Shown: piece by piece, positions 1 through 10,659 of the stretch
Layout of the letters: every line of letters starts with the position of its first letter
How positions within the stretch are numbered: position 1 is the first letter of the stretch
DNA from: Gammaproteobacteria bacterium
Lineage (GTDB): Bacteria; Pseudomonadota; Gammaproteobacteria; JABABF01
NCBI GenBank assembly: GCA_965237805.1
Contig: OZ250153.1
Span: 384,001 to 448,000, forward strand
DNA: 64,000 nt
Direction of reading: 5' to 3'
The notes under the pieces: model-generated
The model's database searches: none
What the model was told of the DNA's origin: nothing
What the model saw: only the letters and a program-made list of their open reading frames with translations
Program-made: the position numbers and the translations under genes

Positions 1-3
1 ATA

Positions 4-591
4 TTGTCAATTCTTAATATTGAAGAAGAAGATATCAGCCCCCAGAGAAGCTCCACCAATGTATACTTGAAAGATATCCAATGCCTTCAGAGTGTCATAA
101 AAAAACTCAAACAAGAAGAACGATTCATAGATTTAAAGATAGTTCCAGACACATATTTGACCTTCACTGAAAACGGAGAAAAGATAGTTCTACATATTGA
201 TGGAGACAAAAGCATCCTCAGAAAAATGGTGAAGAAACTTTTCCCGACGATTCTGGTCGGAGACGAAGCCAAAACATATATAGAGCTGGATGGTTTGAAG
301 TGCATCTTAAACGTGCTAAATAAAAATAGCGCAAAATGGGAGTTTGAAGATCTCACAGATCTAACCATAATCACTATTAAAGAAAGGTTTAGGATAAAAC
401 TCTTCTATAATTATATCATCACAGATTTTGATTTGCAAAACACTGTCAATTTGAAATCGGTGCGCTATGTAGCAAATATGTATCATTGGAATGGTGGCAA
501 GGCAGACGATGACGCGCTAGAATACGCACAAGGTATTGGAGTGAAAGTTATGAACTCAACAGAATTAATGAGATTTTGCGCTAATATTTGA
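4..591 (+). CDS. Hypothetical protein; C-terminus loosely resembles Mrr-like/PD-(D/E)xK domain ends; may be 5'-truncated by the window edge
   Basis: 195-aa ORF in AT-rich DNA, frame open to position 1. Ends ADDDALEYAQGIGVKVM. Its stop overlaps the next start (TTGA). Confidence 0.6.
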   Translation: MSILNIEEEDISPQRSSTNVYLKDIQCLQSVIKKLKQEERFIDLKIVPDTYLTFTENGEKIVLHIDGDKSILRKMVKKLFPTILVGDEAKTYIELDGLKCILNVLNKNSAKWEFEDLTDLTIITIKERFRIKLFYNYIITDFDLQNTVNLKSVRYVANMYHWNGGKADDDALEYAQGIGVKVMNSTELMRFCANI

Positions 592-881
592 AGGTGAGCA
601 TTGCTGAGGATAGATTTTGGTTGAATAGAGTGGAAATATTCCATGCTTTCAACGAAGTGTATTTATTTGGATCCTCTCTATCAGAAAATTGTCCTAAAGA
701 CATTGATCTAATTTTAGTCTATGATTCAAGGGATATTGCAACGATTAAAGATTGCCACAATGCGATCAACCGAGAAATATTTGAGCATTTTTCTATAGAA
801 GCGCATTTGCTCATCCTTACTGCAGCTGAAAAGCAACAAACCAAGTTCCTAAATATAGTGCGCAATAAAAGAATAAAATGA
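588..881 (+). CDS. Minimal nucleotidyltransferase (MNT, Pol-beta superfamily)
   Basis: Motif VYLFGS...DIDLILV (GS + DxD); 97 aa. Confidence 0.8.
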   Translation: MKVSIAEDRFWLNRVEIFHAFNEVYLFGSSLSENCPKDIDLILVYDSRDIATIKDCHNAINREIFEHFSIEAHLLILTAAEKQQTKFLNIVRNKRIK

Positions 882-939
882 ATGCAATCATCGGGCGCTA
901 CAAGATACCTCTTGCAGGGCGCACCTGCTGTCTTTCCTG

Positions 940-1668
940 CTAAGTATCACCACTCACCCGCCAACTCTCCGCCGACAGTGGCAGTTCGTTCAGCTCTGCC
1001 CTAGCCTCACGCCAACTCGGATAGTGCGTGCCCAGCAAGTCGAAGAAGCGCTCGCTGTGGGTCGGCTCAAGCAGGTGCAGCAGCTCGTGGAGGATCACAT
1101 AGTCCAATAGCTGTTTGGGTTTCTTCACCAGCTCCGTATTGAGGCGAATATTCCCCGCACGGTAATTGCATCCCCCCCACTTCGTTTTCATGCGCTGTAG
1201 GAAGTAGCTGGCAACGCTCACACCGAGCTTCTCTTCCCATTTTCTGATGAGCGGTGGCACAGCCTCATGCAGCAAGCCCTTGTGCCATGCATGCATGACT
1301 TCCCCCCGTTTGGCCTTGGTACTGCCGGGGCGCACGTTGAGCGTGATCCTGCGATGGCTGAGGTGAACACAGGGTTTGGCCTCCTGCTCGACGACCGACA
1401 GCAGATAACGCCGCCCCCAGAGGTAATGGCTCTCCCGCTCGATGAACTGACGGGGAGTCTCACGCGCCTGCTGGAGCAAACTGCCCTGATGGCGACGAAT
1501 CCAGGCGAGCCTAGAAATGGCATAGGCCCGCGCCACCTCTGGACGGGTGCCGATGGGCACGACCAGCGTGATACGCCCAGTTGGCGGGTGTACCGACAGA
1601 TGGACATGCTTGACGGCCTTGCGCGTCATCGCAATGGCGAGCTCACCGAGCTGGATCGTCTCGGCCAT
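940..1668 (-). CDS. M48/YgjP-like (DUF45) zinc metallopeptidase associated with type I R-M
   Basis: MKTKWGGC and YVILHELLH (HExxH); coupled to the hsdR stop. Confidence 0.9.
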   Translation of the reverse strand: MAETIQLGELAIAMTRKAVKHVHLSVHPPTGRITLVVPIGTRPEVARAYAISRLAWIRRHQGSLLQQARETPRQFIERESHYLWGRRYLLSVVEQEAKPCVHLSHRRITLNVRPGSTKAKRGEVMHAWHKGLLHEAVPPLIRKWEEKLGVSVASYFLQRMKTKWGGCNYRAGNIRLNTELVKKPKQLLDYVILHELLHLLEPTHSERFFDLLGTHYPSWREARAELNELPLSAESWRVSGDT

Positions 1669-4600
1669 CAGTACTCCGGCTGGTACTTGATGAGCTCAAA
1701 GAGCTCCTTCGTCGCCTGCCGGTTCCCCTCAAGCAACGGAAACAACGCATTCAACACCTGTGCCTCACGCGCTTGATCGCCTCTCCACCCCGCAGGTGCT
1801 TGCTCGCGTATAGCAAGGTCAATTTTCAAGGTCAGCTCGACCCGCTCATCCATATAGGCTAGGCCTATATCGGCCACCTTGCCCGCCCGCTCCCCTGCCG
1901 CAGCGAGAATATCTGGCAGGTTGCGGTAAATCACCTGAGCCGCATGGTTGCCATGTAGCGCCGCTGGCACACCCTCATTGGGTTGCTGCTCTACCAAGCG
2001 ATTGGCCAGTTCCTCCGCCTGCAGCAGCAACTCCTCGTAGTCCTTGGTGTCCGCACGGCTCTGCGCGATGAGGTCGTCGAGCAACTGCGACATCTGCTCG
2101 TAGAAGCGAGGGTCCGTGAGCTGCTCGCGAATGATGGTCTTGCGGATGTTGTTGATGATCCCTTCGGCGACGGCTTGCTTGGAAAGCTTGCCCTTGGCAT
2201 TGAGCTTCTTGGCAATGGCATCGTGAATACCGGTTTCAACGATCAGTTCGATCAGCGAGCGCTCGCTCAGCGCGCCCAGCTCTGCCGCTGCATCGGCCTG
2301 AATATAGGTATTGATGAGGTAGCGCATATCCGCCTCGTAGGGTTTGATATCGAGTTCCTCTCCCGAGTGCTTCTTGATGGCCGCACGGAGTTCCTCGTGG
2401 TGTGCGAGCTCCGCCCGCAACTCCCGCACTTCGGCATCGCTATAACCGGCTTCGCTGAGATCCCCGGCGATGGCCGCAAAGCTGCGGGCCAAGGTCGCCA
2501 CATCCTTGTAGAAGGATATCCGCAGCACTTCGCTCTCGCGTAGTGCATTCGAATCATTGGCGTCGCCGCAGAAATAGCACAAGAACTGTTCAAACTCTCG
2601 CGGTTGCGCCACTGGCTCGCACAGATAATGCAAGGCCTCCCGCGCCGCTTCCAGCTTCTGTTTGCCTTCTATCAGCCAATCCTTGAGCTCGACATTGTTG
2701 CCACCGCTGCCGCCCTCATCGGTGTCTAACTCGTCGGAGTTGTAGACGGCGATCGCCTCTTGCACATTGCCGAACAGCTGTTTGAAATCCACGATGTGGC
2801 CGTAGTCCTTGTCCTCGCCATCGAGCCGATTGGTGCGACAGATAGCTTGGAATAGATTGTGGTCACGCAATTCCTGGTCGAGGTAGATATAGGTACAGCT
2901 CGGCGCATCAAAGCCAGTCAGCAGCTTGCTGACGACAATCAGCAGCTTCATATTCGCTGGCTCTTCAATAAAACAGCGCTTGACCTCGTCCTCGTACTGC
3001 CTAGTAGTCTGGCCGTCTCTTAGAACATGCTTGGTATAGGTGTCAAACTTGAAACGCTCGTCGCTGTTGGCGGGTTCGCGCGAGATTGCATTGTGGTTCG
3101 GCTCGTAGGAGGTGATGATCCCGCACGGTGGGGCGAGCGCTGTGTTCTGAAACAGCCGGAAGTAATGACAGGCGTCATAGATTGAAGCGGATACGAGGAT
3201 CGCCGTGCCACGGTCGTTGCTCAGCCGTGGCTTGAAGTTGAAATCTTCAATGATGCTGGCAATGATGCGTTCCTTGCGATCTTCAGCACTCATCAACTCC
3301 TTCATCGTCGCCCAGTGCTTGCGCAGTACCGCCTGCTGGAAATTGTTGAGGCTCTGCGTCTTCTGCTCAAACCACCGGTCAATGGATTTTGCTGAAGTCA
3401 AGCGTTGCGGTACATCGCGGGCCTCGTATTTGAGATCGAGGATGATGCGGTCGGCCACTCCTTCGTGAAACTTGTAGGTATGGATGCAAGTACCGAAGAC
3501 CTCCCGCGTCATCTTTTTATCTCGACGCAGGAGCGGCGTCCCCGTGAAGCCGACAAAGATCGCGCCCGGTAGCCAGCGTTTCATCTGCTGGTTCATAGCT
3601 CCGCCCTGTGTACGGTGGCATTCGTCCACGAACACATAGAAGTGCCCGACCACAGGCGGGGGATCACCCCTGAGGTCGCTGGGTTCAAACTTGTGGATCA
3701 ACGCGCACAGGAGGCGCGGTGTGGGCGCTGCGATCTTCGCCACGAACTCCGCCCGCGAAGTGATGCGCGGCGCAGGGGAGTCGGCTGCGATGACCCCAGC
3801 ACTTTTCATCACCCCTTCGATCTGCTTGTCCAGCTCATCGCGATCGGTGATGATGAGGATGCGCGCCTCAGCGTCATGCTCCAACAGCCACTTGGCGAGC
3901 AATACCATCAGAATGCTCTTGCCACTGCCCTGCGTGTGCCAAATAACCCCGCCCTCTCGCTTGGCGATGCGCTCCTGAGCCACCTTCACACCGAAGAACT
4001 GGTGTGGCCTCGGCAGTTTCTTCTGACCCGCATCAAAGATGATGAAGTGGCGCAGCAAGTCGAGCAGCCGCTCCTTGTGGCACAGCTGCGCCAATGGCCG
4101 GTCGAGCTGTGAGCCAATGGTAGGTTCCGGCTCGGAGCTTGCTTCTTCGTCTTGCCATTGCACGAAGAACTGCTCCGGTGTGCCAGTGGTGCCGTAACGC
4201 AATCCTTGCGAGTCGCTGCCCGCCAGCAATAGTTGCACGGTGCTAAAGAAGCCCTGGTTGAAGATCTCCTCTTGGTTGGTGATGAGCTGGCGCACGCCGT
4301 CACCCACTTCCACCGAGCTGCGCTTGAGCTCGATCACCGCGATGGCGATGCCGTTGATGTAAAGCACCAGATCGGGTCGGCGTTCGTGGCCGCCTTTCAG
4401 CGTCACCTCCTCGGCGAGGGCGAAGTCGTTGTTTTCCGGATGCTTCCAGTCAATCAGGTGTACTGTCTCATGCGCCTGCCCTGCGGCAATCTGCACAGGG
4501 ACGCCATAGCGCATGAGCTGGTAGCTGCGCAGATTGGCTTGGTAGAGTGTGATGCCTGTTGAGTCGGCGGCGGTCTCTAGCTTTTGCCGGGCGGCAGAGA

Positions 4601-4790
4601 TGTGGGCATCCGTGTAGCCGCGAGACAGCAGATTATCGCGGAGGATCTCTGTTTCGATGTGGCGGTTGTTGTCGCGCTTGCTCCAGTCACCGAGGTAGCG
4701 ATAGCCGAGGCAGTCCTTTCGCGCTGGGTCGGTGAATAAGGCGATGACGCGATGCTGCGTCTGACGCTCGGAGCGGGGTTGTTGAGGCAT
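1668..4790 (-). CDS. hsdR: Type I restriction enzyme R subunit
   Basis: RPD...IELK nuclease motif, [35 protein letters not shown]. Confidence 0.96.
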   Translation of the reverse strand: MPQQPRSERQTQHRVIALFTDPARKDCLGYRYLGDWSKRDNNRHIETEILRDNLLSRGYTDAHISAARQKLETAADSTGITLYQANLRSYQLMRYGVPVQIAAGQAHETVHLIDWKHPENNDFALAEEVTLKGGHERRPDLVLYINGIAIAVIELKRSSVEVGDGVRQLITNQEEIFNQGFFSTVQLLLAGSDSQGLRYGTTGTPEQFFVQWQDEEASSEPEPTIGSQLDRPLAQLCHKERLLDLLRHFIIFDAGQKKLPRPHQFFGVKVAQERIAKREGGVIWHTQGSGKSILMVLLAKWLLEHDAEARILIITDRDELDKQIEGVMKSAGVIAADSPAPRITSRAEFVAKIAAPTPRLLCALIHKFEPSDLRGDPPPVVGHFYVFVDECHRTQGGAMNQQMKRWLPGAIFVGFTGTPLLRRDKKMTREVFGTCIHTYKFHEGVADRIILDLKYEARDVPQRLTSAKSIDRWFEQKTQSLNNFQQAVLRKHWATMKELMSAEDRKERIIASIIEDFNFKPRLSNDRGTAILVSASIYDACHYFRLFQNTALAPPCGIITSYEPNHNAISREPANSDERFKFDTYTKHVLRDGQTTRQYEDEVKRCFIEEPANMKLLIVVSKLLTGFDAPSCTYIYLDQELRDHNLFQAICRTNRLDGEDKDYGHIVDFKQLFGNVQEAIAVYNSDELDTDEGGSGGNNVELKDWLIEGKQKLEAAREALHYLCEPVAQPREFEQFLCYFCGDANDSNALRESEVLRISFYKDVATLARSFAAIAGDLSEAGYSDAEVRELRAELAHHEELRAAIKKHSGEELDIKPYEADMRYLINTYIQADAAAELGALSERSLIELIVETGIHDAIAKKLNAKGKLSKQAVAEGIINNIRKTIIREQLTDPRFYEQMSQLLDDLIAQSRADTKDYEELLLQAEELANRLVEQQPNEGVPAALHGNHAAQVIYRNLPDILAAAGERAGKVADIGLAYMDERVELTLKIDLAIREQAPAGWRGDQAREAQVLNALFPLLEGNRQATKELFELIKYQPEY

Positions 4791-4811
4791 GGGGTGAGCG
4801 GCAAAGAGCCT

Positions 4812-6071
4812 CTAGTTGGTAGCGTCCAATCCGCTCTGTGAACGCGCAGGCACCACCACCCGCAAGTAGTCGTCGGTCGGATCAAAGAGCGCTTCTTTCC
4901 CTGAGTATTGCTGCGTCAGCGGCACGATCTTAAGGCGCACCCCCATACCGCGCGCATCCACATAACCATAGTCGCGCATGACATCCACAATCATCGTATT
5001 GCGTGGTGAGCGCTGCCCAGCCAACATTTTCTCAACGGTCATCGCGTTTTGTAGTGCGCCGGGGCTGGTCACTTCCAGACGGTCGGAATAGTTGACCACC
5101 TCCACCTCTATCGCTCGCGTCCAGTCGCGGTGAACCAGTGCATTGAGCAACACCTCACGCATTGCTTCCCCTGGATAGCGATGGACCGATTCTCGGCGCA
5201 AGCCCGCATTGATTGTGCTGCCTTCCTCCGAGATGAACGGGCGCATGCGATCGATGAGATCTTCAATCAATCCACCCTTGACGATGTGTCGCCCAGCGCC
5301 GGGCTCGCCATCCCACAACGCCACCAACGGGCCATCCAGCACCGTGTCGTCCTGAGCCTGATACTCTTTGCTATCGCCAGCAAAAGACATCCACCGCACT
5401 CCCCCGCAACGCAGGCGACGGCGCGGACTATGCCCAAACAGTACCAAGCCAGCAATGCTGCACGCGACAGACTGATCGGGGCGGCGTACCATAAAACCCA
5501 AGCCGATCAAGCGCTCTTCCCAATCTGCATCAGCCTGTGGCACCATCGGGTCGCTGGCAAGATTGAGCAGATAATCACTGAGGCGTGCTCTATCGAGGTC
5601 ATTCAGGCTGCTGCCAGAAACCGGAAGACTCTCTGTGTGCAGTAATCCACCGCTGTCGAATAGCCGAGCTTGCTGCTCTCGTGATGCAAGGCGTGAAGTG
5701 CTGCCTACGCGCACATAAATCTCTTCGCGTCCTTTATGGCGCAACACATAGGGCTTATTGATGCCTTGGTCCAGTGAAATGACCGCCACCCGCTGGCCGT
5801 CGTTGCACACCACTTCCTCGTAAAACGGCGTGGCCTGCGGGTGGATGTATTGGCCAAACACCGTGTCCATCACCAAGGTTTCCAGGTCGGCACGTTGGAT
5901 GCCACTAATGGTGCCGTCATCTTCCACCCCCAACAGCAATTTCCCACCCCGAAAATTGAGCAACGCAACAATCGCTTTGCCCAGCTGCTCTGGGCGCAAG
6001 TCATCACGTTTGAATTCCACACCAGAGTTTTCACCATTGGCGATGATCTCCAGTAATTCAGATTTCAGCAT
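4812..6071 (-). CDS. Schlafen/AlbA_2 + HATPase_c_4 domain protein
   Basis: N-terminal GENSGVEFK...ALLNFRGGKLLLGVEDDG; C-terminal YP..AMREVLLNALVHRDW, SPG, RN, ARGMG. Likely start is the ATG of MLKSELL. Confidence 0.88.
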   Translation of the reverse strand: MLKSELLEIIANGENSGVEFKRDDLRPEQLGKAIVALLNFRGGKLLLGVEDDGTISGIQRADLETLVMDTVFGQYIHPQATPFYEEVVCNDGQRVAVISLDQGINKPYVLRHKGREEIYVRVGSTSRLASREQQARLFDSGGLLHTESLPVSGSSLNDLDRARLSDYLLNLASDPMVPQADADWEERLIGLGFMVRRPDQSVACSIAGLVLFGHSPRRRLRCGGVRWMSFAGDSKEYQAQDDTVLDGPLVALWDGEPGAGRHIVKGGLIEDLIDRMRPFISEEGSTINAGLRRESVHRYPGEAMREVLLNALVHRDWTRAIEVEVVNYSDRLEVTSPGALQNAMTVEKMLAGQRSPRNTMIVDVMRDYGYVDARGMGVRLKIVPLTQQYSGKEALFDPTDDYLRVVVPARSQSGLDATN

Positions 6072-6202
6072 CAGAGCAACCTTTGGCAATCGTATTGTTG
6101 TTTTTCACTGAATACACGCATCGCGCCTACCTTCAAGGATATTCGCCATTTGCTTGCTCCAGATGTCGCACATCAGTGCCGAGTGAGTGATATACAGCAT
6201 AA

Positions 6203-7381
6203 TCATATTAAGCGGGTTTTGCCAGTGAGCAACTCCTGCATCATGGCCTGCTTGAGGTCGCGGGTTTTGTTGCGGCGGGCTTCGAGGGCAGCGAGTTCAG
6301 CATCCATATCGGCGAGGACAGTGGCGATGGCGGTTTGTTCTTCAAGATCCTCTGGTATTGTGATCATGTAGGTAATCAGTTGCTTCTTGCCAATTTCAAG
6401 GAATGTGCTGCCTCCGCAAAGGGCAACCAAGCCGTTCTTCTGCGTTGACATCAGGTAGTAGAGAAATTCAACATCAAACGCCTCGAATGGTACGATGTTC
6501 TTGAACCCTTGGTTGGTGGCCATGGGCACCAGATTGATCGCGCATATGCCTATCGTCGCACGCGATGTCATAGTGAGTGAGCGGGGTGGGATCACCTCGG
6601 CCGCACTGGATAGCAAACCCACCGCCGAGATAGTTCGAGCCGTATCCCTCATATACTTGTGACCCCGAAGCGCAGTGATATCTGTCGGCGTACACCAAGG
6701 AATCCCACCGTCCCAGAAATGCGTTTGCGACGTGAGCGGGGTTCCGCCACTCCTGATATCGCAAACTTCCTCCAACCGCTTCACCTCCCACTCGCCGTGG
6801 AAGCCGGGGAGGCGGGTCTGGCCGCTGAGGAGCTGCTGCATGGTGGCCTGTTTGAGGTCGCGCTTCTTGGCGATGAGCCGCTCTAGACTACCCAGCAAAT
6901 CATCCATGTCGGAGAGTACGGTGGCGATGGCAGTTTGTTCGTTCGCAGAGGGAACCTTAATTTTCAATTTTCGATATTCTGAAATCCAATGTCTTTTGTG
7001 TTCGCTCACTTGGAATTTGACTAGCTGCATCATATCGTAGATAAGTTTCAAGTTTGCGAATGGATGGCGTGGTTTCAAGAGCTTCATTGCAGACGACTTC
7101 GCCTTAAACGGAAACGGCACATATTGTATGGCGGTTGTGAAGTCATCAAAAATGATGACTGGAAGATCTCTGAAAACCCTTTCCTCTTCATCTGTATAAC
7201 CAAGAATGAAGGTCTTACCAGCGGTAAGTACCGGAACTGCATGTACGTCGCTGTATGCGCTACTACTGACAAGATATTTGGTTGGCTGTTCATAAGTCAA
7301 CAATTCTTCCAATCGCTTCACCCCCCAGTCTTCGGGGATAATACCAACCTCCGTCTGCTTGTATCCGGGCTTCACTTCCAT
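6203..7381 (-). CDS. hsdS: Type I R-M specificity subunit
   Basis: Two TRDs, each followed by a conserved EQTAIATVL.DMD...LKQA.MQ.LL.G.TRL helix. Confidence 0.95.
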   Translation of the reverse strand: MEVKPGYKQTEVGIIPEDWGVKRLEELLTYEQPTKYLVSSSAYSDVHAVPVLTAGKTFILGYTDEEERVFRDLPVIIFDDFTTAIQYVPFPFKAKSSAMKLLKPRHPFANLKLIYDMMQLVKFQVSEHKRHWISEYRKLKIKVPSANEQTAIATVLSDMDDLLGSLERLIAKKRDLKQATMQQLLSGQTRLPGFHGEWEVKRLEEVCDIRSGGTPLTSQTHFWDGGIPWCTPTDITALRGHKYMRDTARTISAVGLLSSAAEVIPPRSLTMTSRATIGICAINLVPMATNQGFKNIVPFEAFDVEFLYYLMSTQKNGLVALCGGSTFLEIGKKQLITYMITIPEDLEEQTAIATVLADMDAELAALEARRNKTRDLKQAMMQELLTGKTRLI

Positions 7382-9846
7382 ACCACCCCCATCTGCTTGA
7401 GGTGCTCATCGACCTTGGCGCCGAGCTTCTCCACGTCGTCGGCCAGCTTCGGCAACGGCGTGGCGTAACGCTCCGCCAACTCACGGATACGGCCAGTGAG
7501 CGTCTGCGAAACACGATCCAGCGCGCCCTGCACGGCGGCCAACAGACGAGCCATCCACTTATCATCCACTACCAGCGTCTTGATCTCGGCTGTGGTGAGC
7601 TTGGGGTACTTGGCGTCAATTTTCTGATCCAATTCTTTTTGCGCGGCCTTTTGCTTGGCCTTGGCCTTGGTCCGCTGCTTCAGCAAGTCGGCGTATACCT
7701 CAAGCACCGCCCGCTCATCTGCATAGAGGGGGTTCTCGCCGATCTCTTTCAGCCGAGCCTTCACGGATTTTTCGGTGATCTTCTGCTTGTCGCCTTTGCC
7801 CTCGATCACCTCGGCAAGCAACCCTTCCTCGCCGCTGTTCTCCTCTCGCAACTCGGCGAGTTGTTGCTCAAGCGTGACGAGCTCGCTGTCGAGTGCATCC
7901 TTCGCATCACGCTCGGCGACGAAGTACCGGGCGACCAGAATCGACGCAGGGACAAGATCTGACTTGAAGCGCCGCCTCCCTTTCAAGTAGTCATGCGACT
8001 CTGGCCAAACCAGCTTGTTGTTCTTGTCTTTGACCTGCACAATCTCCCGTGGCTGTGCGCTCTCTACCCAACCATCAGCAGCGATCAGATGGGTATCGTC
8101 CTGCATGGTCTCGGCCCAGTAGTCCAGCAGGTGCTGGTAAATATCGTAGGCATCGAGTAATGATGCCGTACGGAATTTAGCCAGCAGTTCCTCCGCAATG
8201 GCCTCAATCAGATCCTTGGGGTGGCCACCTTTCCGCAAGCCTGTGAGGTGTGGTATGGCAGCCCTGCACCACTTGGCAAAACGCCTTGAGATTGCTTTCT
8301 GCAAAGCAGTGAACTCGGTGTGGCCAAGAATAGCTGGCTTTAGCTCGGTCAGTGGCAGCTTCAGGCGAGTGTAGCCGAGGCGACCCGCAGATTCGAATAA
8401 GGCGGTGCGCAGGCTGGGGAGCACTTGCCAGTACGCGTCGAGCGCATCCAGATCACGCTCCGGGATACCACCGCGCAGATGACCGTCGATGTCTTGCAGG
8501 TCTTCGGGATCGGTGCTGTCGATGTAGCGTGGCAGGTTGAGATTGAAGTCGTTCTTCGCATCAGCAATCTCGTCCAGCAACACCATGCGGGCATAGCGTA
8601 GCACCTCAATCTGCTTGGTAAAGACATCGACGATTTTGTGGATATCCTGCTCGCGCAGACGGTTCTTGGCACCGTCCTTGATAAAGCCCTTGGAGGCATC
8701 AATTATGAAGACGCCCTTGCGGGCTTTGGCGTTCTCTTTGTCCAGCACCACGATACAGGCCGGGATGCTGGTGCCGTAGAAGAGATTGGCGGGCAGGCCG
8801 ATGATGCCCTTGAGGCAGCCGGAGCGGATCAGCTGCTCGCGGATCGTCGCCTCGGCATTGCCGCGAAAAAGTACGCCGTGGGGCAGGATACAGGCAGCTT
8901 TTCCAGCGCTCTTCATGGAGCGAATGATATGCAGCAGGTAAGCGTAGTCGCCTTGCTTGGCGGGCGGCTCCCCCCAAGCGAAGCGCTGGAAGGGGTCTGT
9001 CGAGGGAGTGAGTCCGGTACTCCAGCTCTTGTCGGAGAACGGTGGATTGGCAACGACATAGTCGTAGCAGCGCAGCCGCTCACCGTCCTTGAACTTGGGC
9101 TCGGCCAAGGTGTTGCCGGAGAGAATGTTGGCTGTAGGGAAATCGTGCAGGATCATGTTCATGCGCGCCAAGCCTGCGGTGCTCACATCCTTCTCTTGCC
9201 CTTCGAGCGTAATCCGCTTGCCCGCCTGAGTGGCAACCTTCAGCAGCAGTGACCCAGAACCGCAGGTGGGGTCGTAGGCGGTGGTGGATGCTTTGCTGTT
9301 TTTTGGCGAGATACCAATCACCTTGGCAATAACGCGGCTAACCTCTGCAGGGGTGTAAAACTGTCCTTTGCTCTTGCCGCTCTCAGTGGCGAAGTGACGC
9401 ATCAGGTACTCGTAGGCATCGCCGAGGATGTCATCGTGGTCGGCGCGGTTCTGCGAGAAGTCGAGCTCGGGTTTTTGGAAGATGCCAATGAGGTTACTCA
9501 GGCGCTCCACCATCGCCTGATCTGCACCGAGCTTGTTGGGGTCATTAAAGTCAGGGAAATCGCTGCGCGCTAGGCTATCGTTGTCGGCAATCAGCGGGGC
9601 AATGATCTGAGTGTTGATCTTGCAGCCGATGTCGCTCTTGCCCTTGAGCGCAATCATGTCCGTGAAACTCGCGCCCTCGGGGATTACGACTGGCGGAGCA
9701 TAGTCATTACTGTATTTATCGCTGATGTATTTGATGAACAGCATGAACAGGACATAGTCCTTGTACTGACTGGCATCCATACCGCCGCGCAGTTCATCGC
9801 ACGAGGCCCAGAGGGAGGAATAGAGATCAGATTTCTTTAGCGCCAT
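7372..9846 (-). CDS. hsdM: Type I R-M N6-adenine methyltransferase M subunit
   Basis: GQFYTP, YDPTCGSGSLL and NPPF motifs. Confidence 0.96.
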   Translation of the reverse strand: MALKKSDLYSSLWASCDELRGGMDASQYKDYVLFMLFIKYISDKYSNDYAPPVVIPEGASFTDMIALKGKSDIGCKINTQIIAPLIADNDSLARSDFPDFNDPNKLGADQAMVERLSNLIGIFQKPELDFSQNRADHDDILGDAYEYLMRHFATESGKSKGQFYTPAEVSRVIAKVIGISPKNSKASTTAYDPTCGSGSLLLKVATQAGKRITLEGQEKDVSTAGLARMNMILHDFPTANILSGNTLAEPKFKDGERLRCYDYVVANPPFSDKSWSTGLTPSTDPFQRFAWGEPPAKQGDYAYLLHIIRSMKSAGKAACILPHGVLFRGNAEATIREQLIRSGCLKGIIGLPANLFYGTSIPACIVVLDKENAKARKGVFIIDASKGFIKDGAKNRLREQDIHKIVDVFTKQIEVLRYARMVLLDEIADAKNDFNLNLPRYIDSTDPEDLQDIDGHLRGGIPERDLDALDAYWQVLPSLRTALFESAGRLGYTRLKLPLTELKPAILGHTEFTALQKAISRRFAKWCRAAIPHLTGLRKGGHPKDLIEAIAEELLAKFRTASLLDAYDIYQHLLDYWAETMQDDTHLIAADGWVESAQPREIVQVKDKNNKLVWPESHDYLKGRRRFKSDLVPASILVARYFVAERDAKDALDSELVTLEQQLAELREENSGEEGLLAEVIEGKGDKQKITEKSVKARLKEIGENPLYADERAVLEVYADLLKQRTKAKAKQKAAQKELDQKIDAKYPKLTTAEIKTLVVDDKWMARLLAAVQGALDRVSQTLTGRIRELAERYATPLPKLADDVEKLGAKVDEHLKQMGVVWK

Positions 9847-9906
9847 GGGTTTATGCTAGCTGCTGATTGCCACGTCGTTTTTCTGCTACTGCATTACCAT
9901 ACATTA

Positions 9907-10659
9907 TCAATCACCGTTCACTAAGCGACGAGCATTGTCAGCAATGCTCGCACATAGATCGTGAAATGGGATGTCTAAGAGTGTGGACATGTGTGAAACA
10001 ACAGCAGAAACATCGCCTGCACCAACAGGATGCCCATCGATTTTCAAGAAAGGTGCATCTGTCTCTGTAAGGAGTCTATTAATGGGTGCTCGATTCACCA
10101 GTAATTTCCCATTCGTAGAATCTATCAATTTCTGGTTAATTGAGAAGTAGCATCCTAGATTAATCGCTCTGTCCAGCTCCGTTTTCCCCGCAGAAAACCA
10201 ATGCAGGACCACATCGCATGACTTGGCAACGGAATGCTTTTCAATCGCATCAAGCACATGACGAGCACATCGCACACTATGCACACTAAGGACTTTCCCG
10301 CCTTCTCTAGCGCAAACATACAAAGCTCTATCGAAAAATTGTTTTTGCCTATCAAATGACGGATAGTGGCATTTACCAGCATCTAATCCGATTTCACCGA
10401 TAAATCGAGCTCTAAGAGCGAGATGTTCAAACAATTCAATTTCGTGACCATACTCTGCAACCAGTTGGGGATGCAACCCTAATGCGGCATGTACATGTTG
10501 CGTACTAGTGGCACACTCTAGATTCTGTAGGTAAACTCCAGGGGTTGTAGTCACTGACAACGTGGTACAACCGATCGCATCACAACGCTCATAGGCAGCA
10601 TATACATCAGGCATGAGGTCGAGATGACAGTGAAAATCGACAGGGCTCCGGATGTTCAT
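9907..10659 (-). CDS. qatD: Qat system TatD-family nuclease
   Basis: DFHCHLD, GEIGLD, HSV, HWF, ETDAPF; last gene of the qat operon. Confidence 0.9.
   Translation of the reverse strand: MNIRSPVDFHCHLDLMPDVYAAYERCDAIGCTTLSVTTTPGVYLQNLECATSTQHVHAALGLHPQLVAEYGHEIELFEHLALRARFIGEIGLDAGKCHYPSFDRQKQFFDRALYVCAREGGKVLSVHSVRCARHVLDAIEKHSVAKSCDVVLHWFSAGKTELDRAINLGCYFSINQKLIDSTNGKLLVNRAPINRLLTETDAPFLKIDGHPVGAGDVSAVVSHMSTLLDIPFHDLCASIADNARRLVNGD

Noticed and set aside
880-940. Possible integron attC after the MNT gene
   Set aside because: No convincing RYYYAAC...GTTRRRY boxes or palindromic arms.
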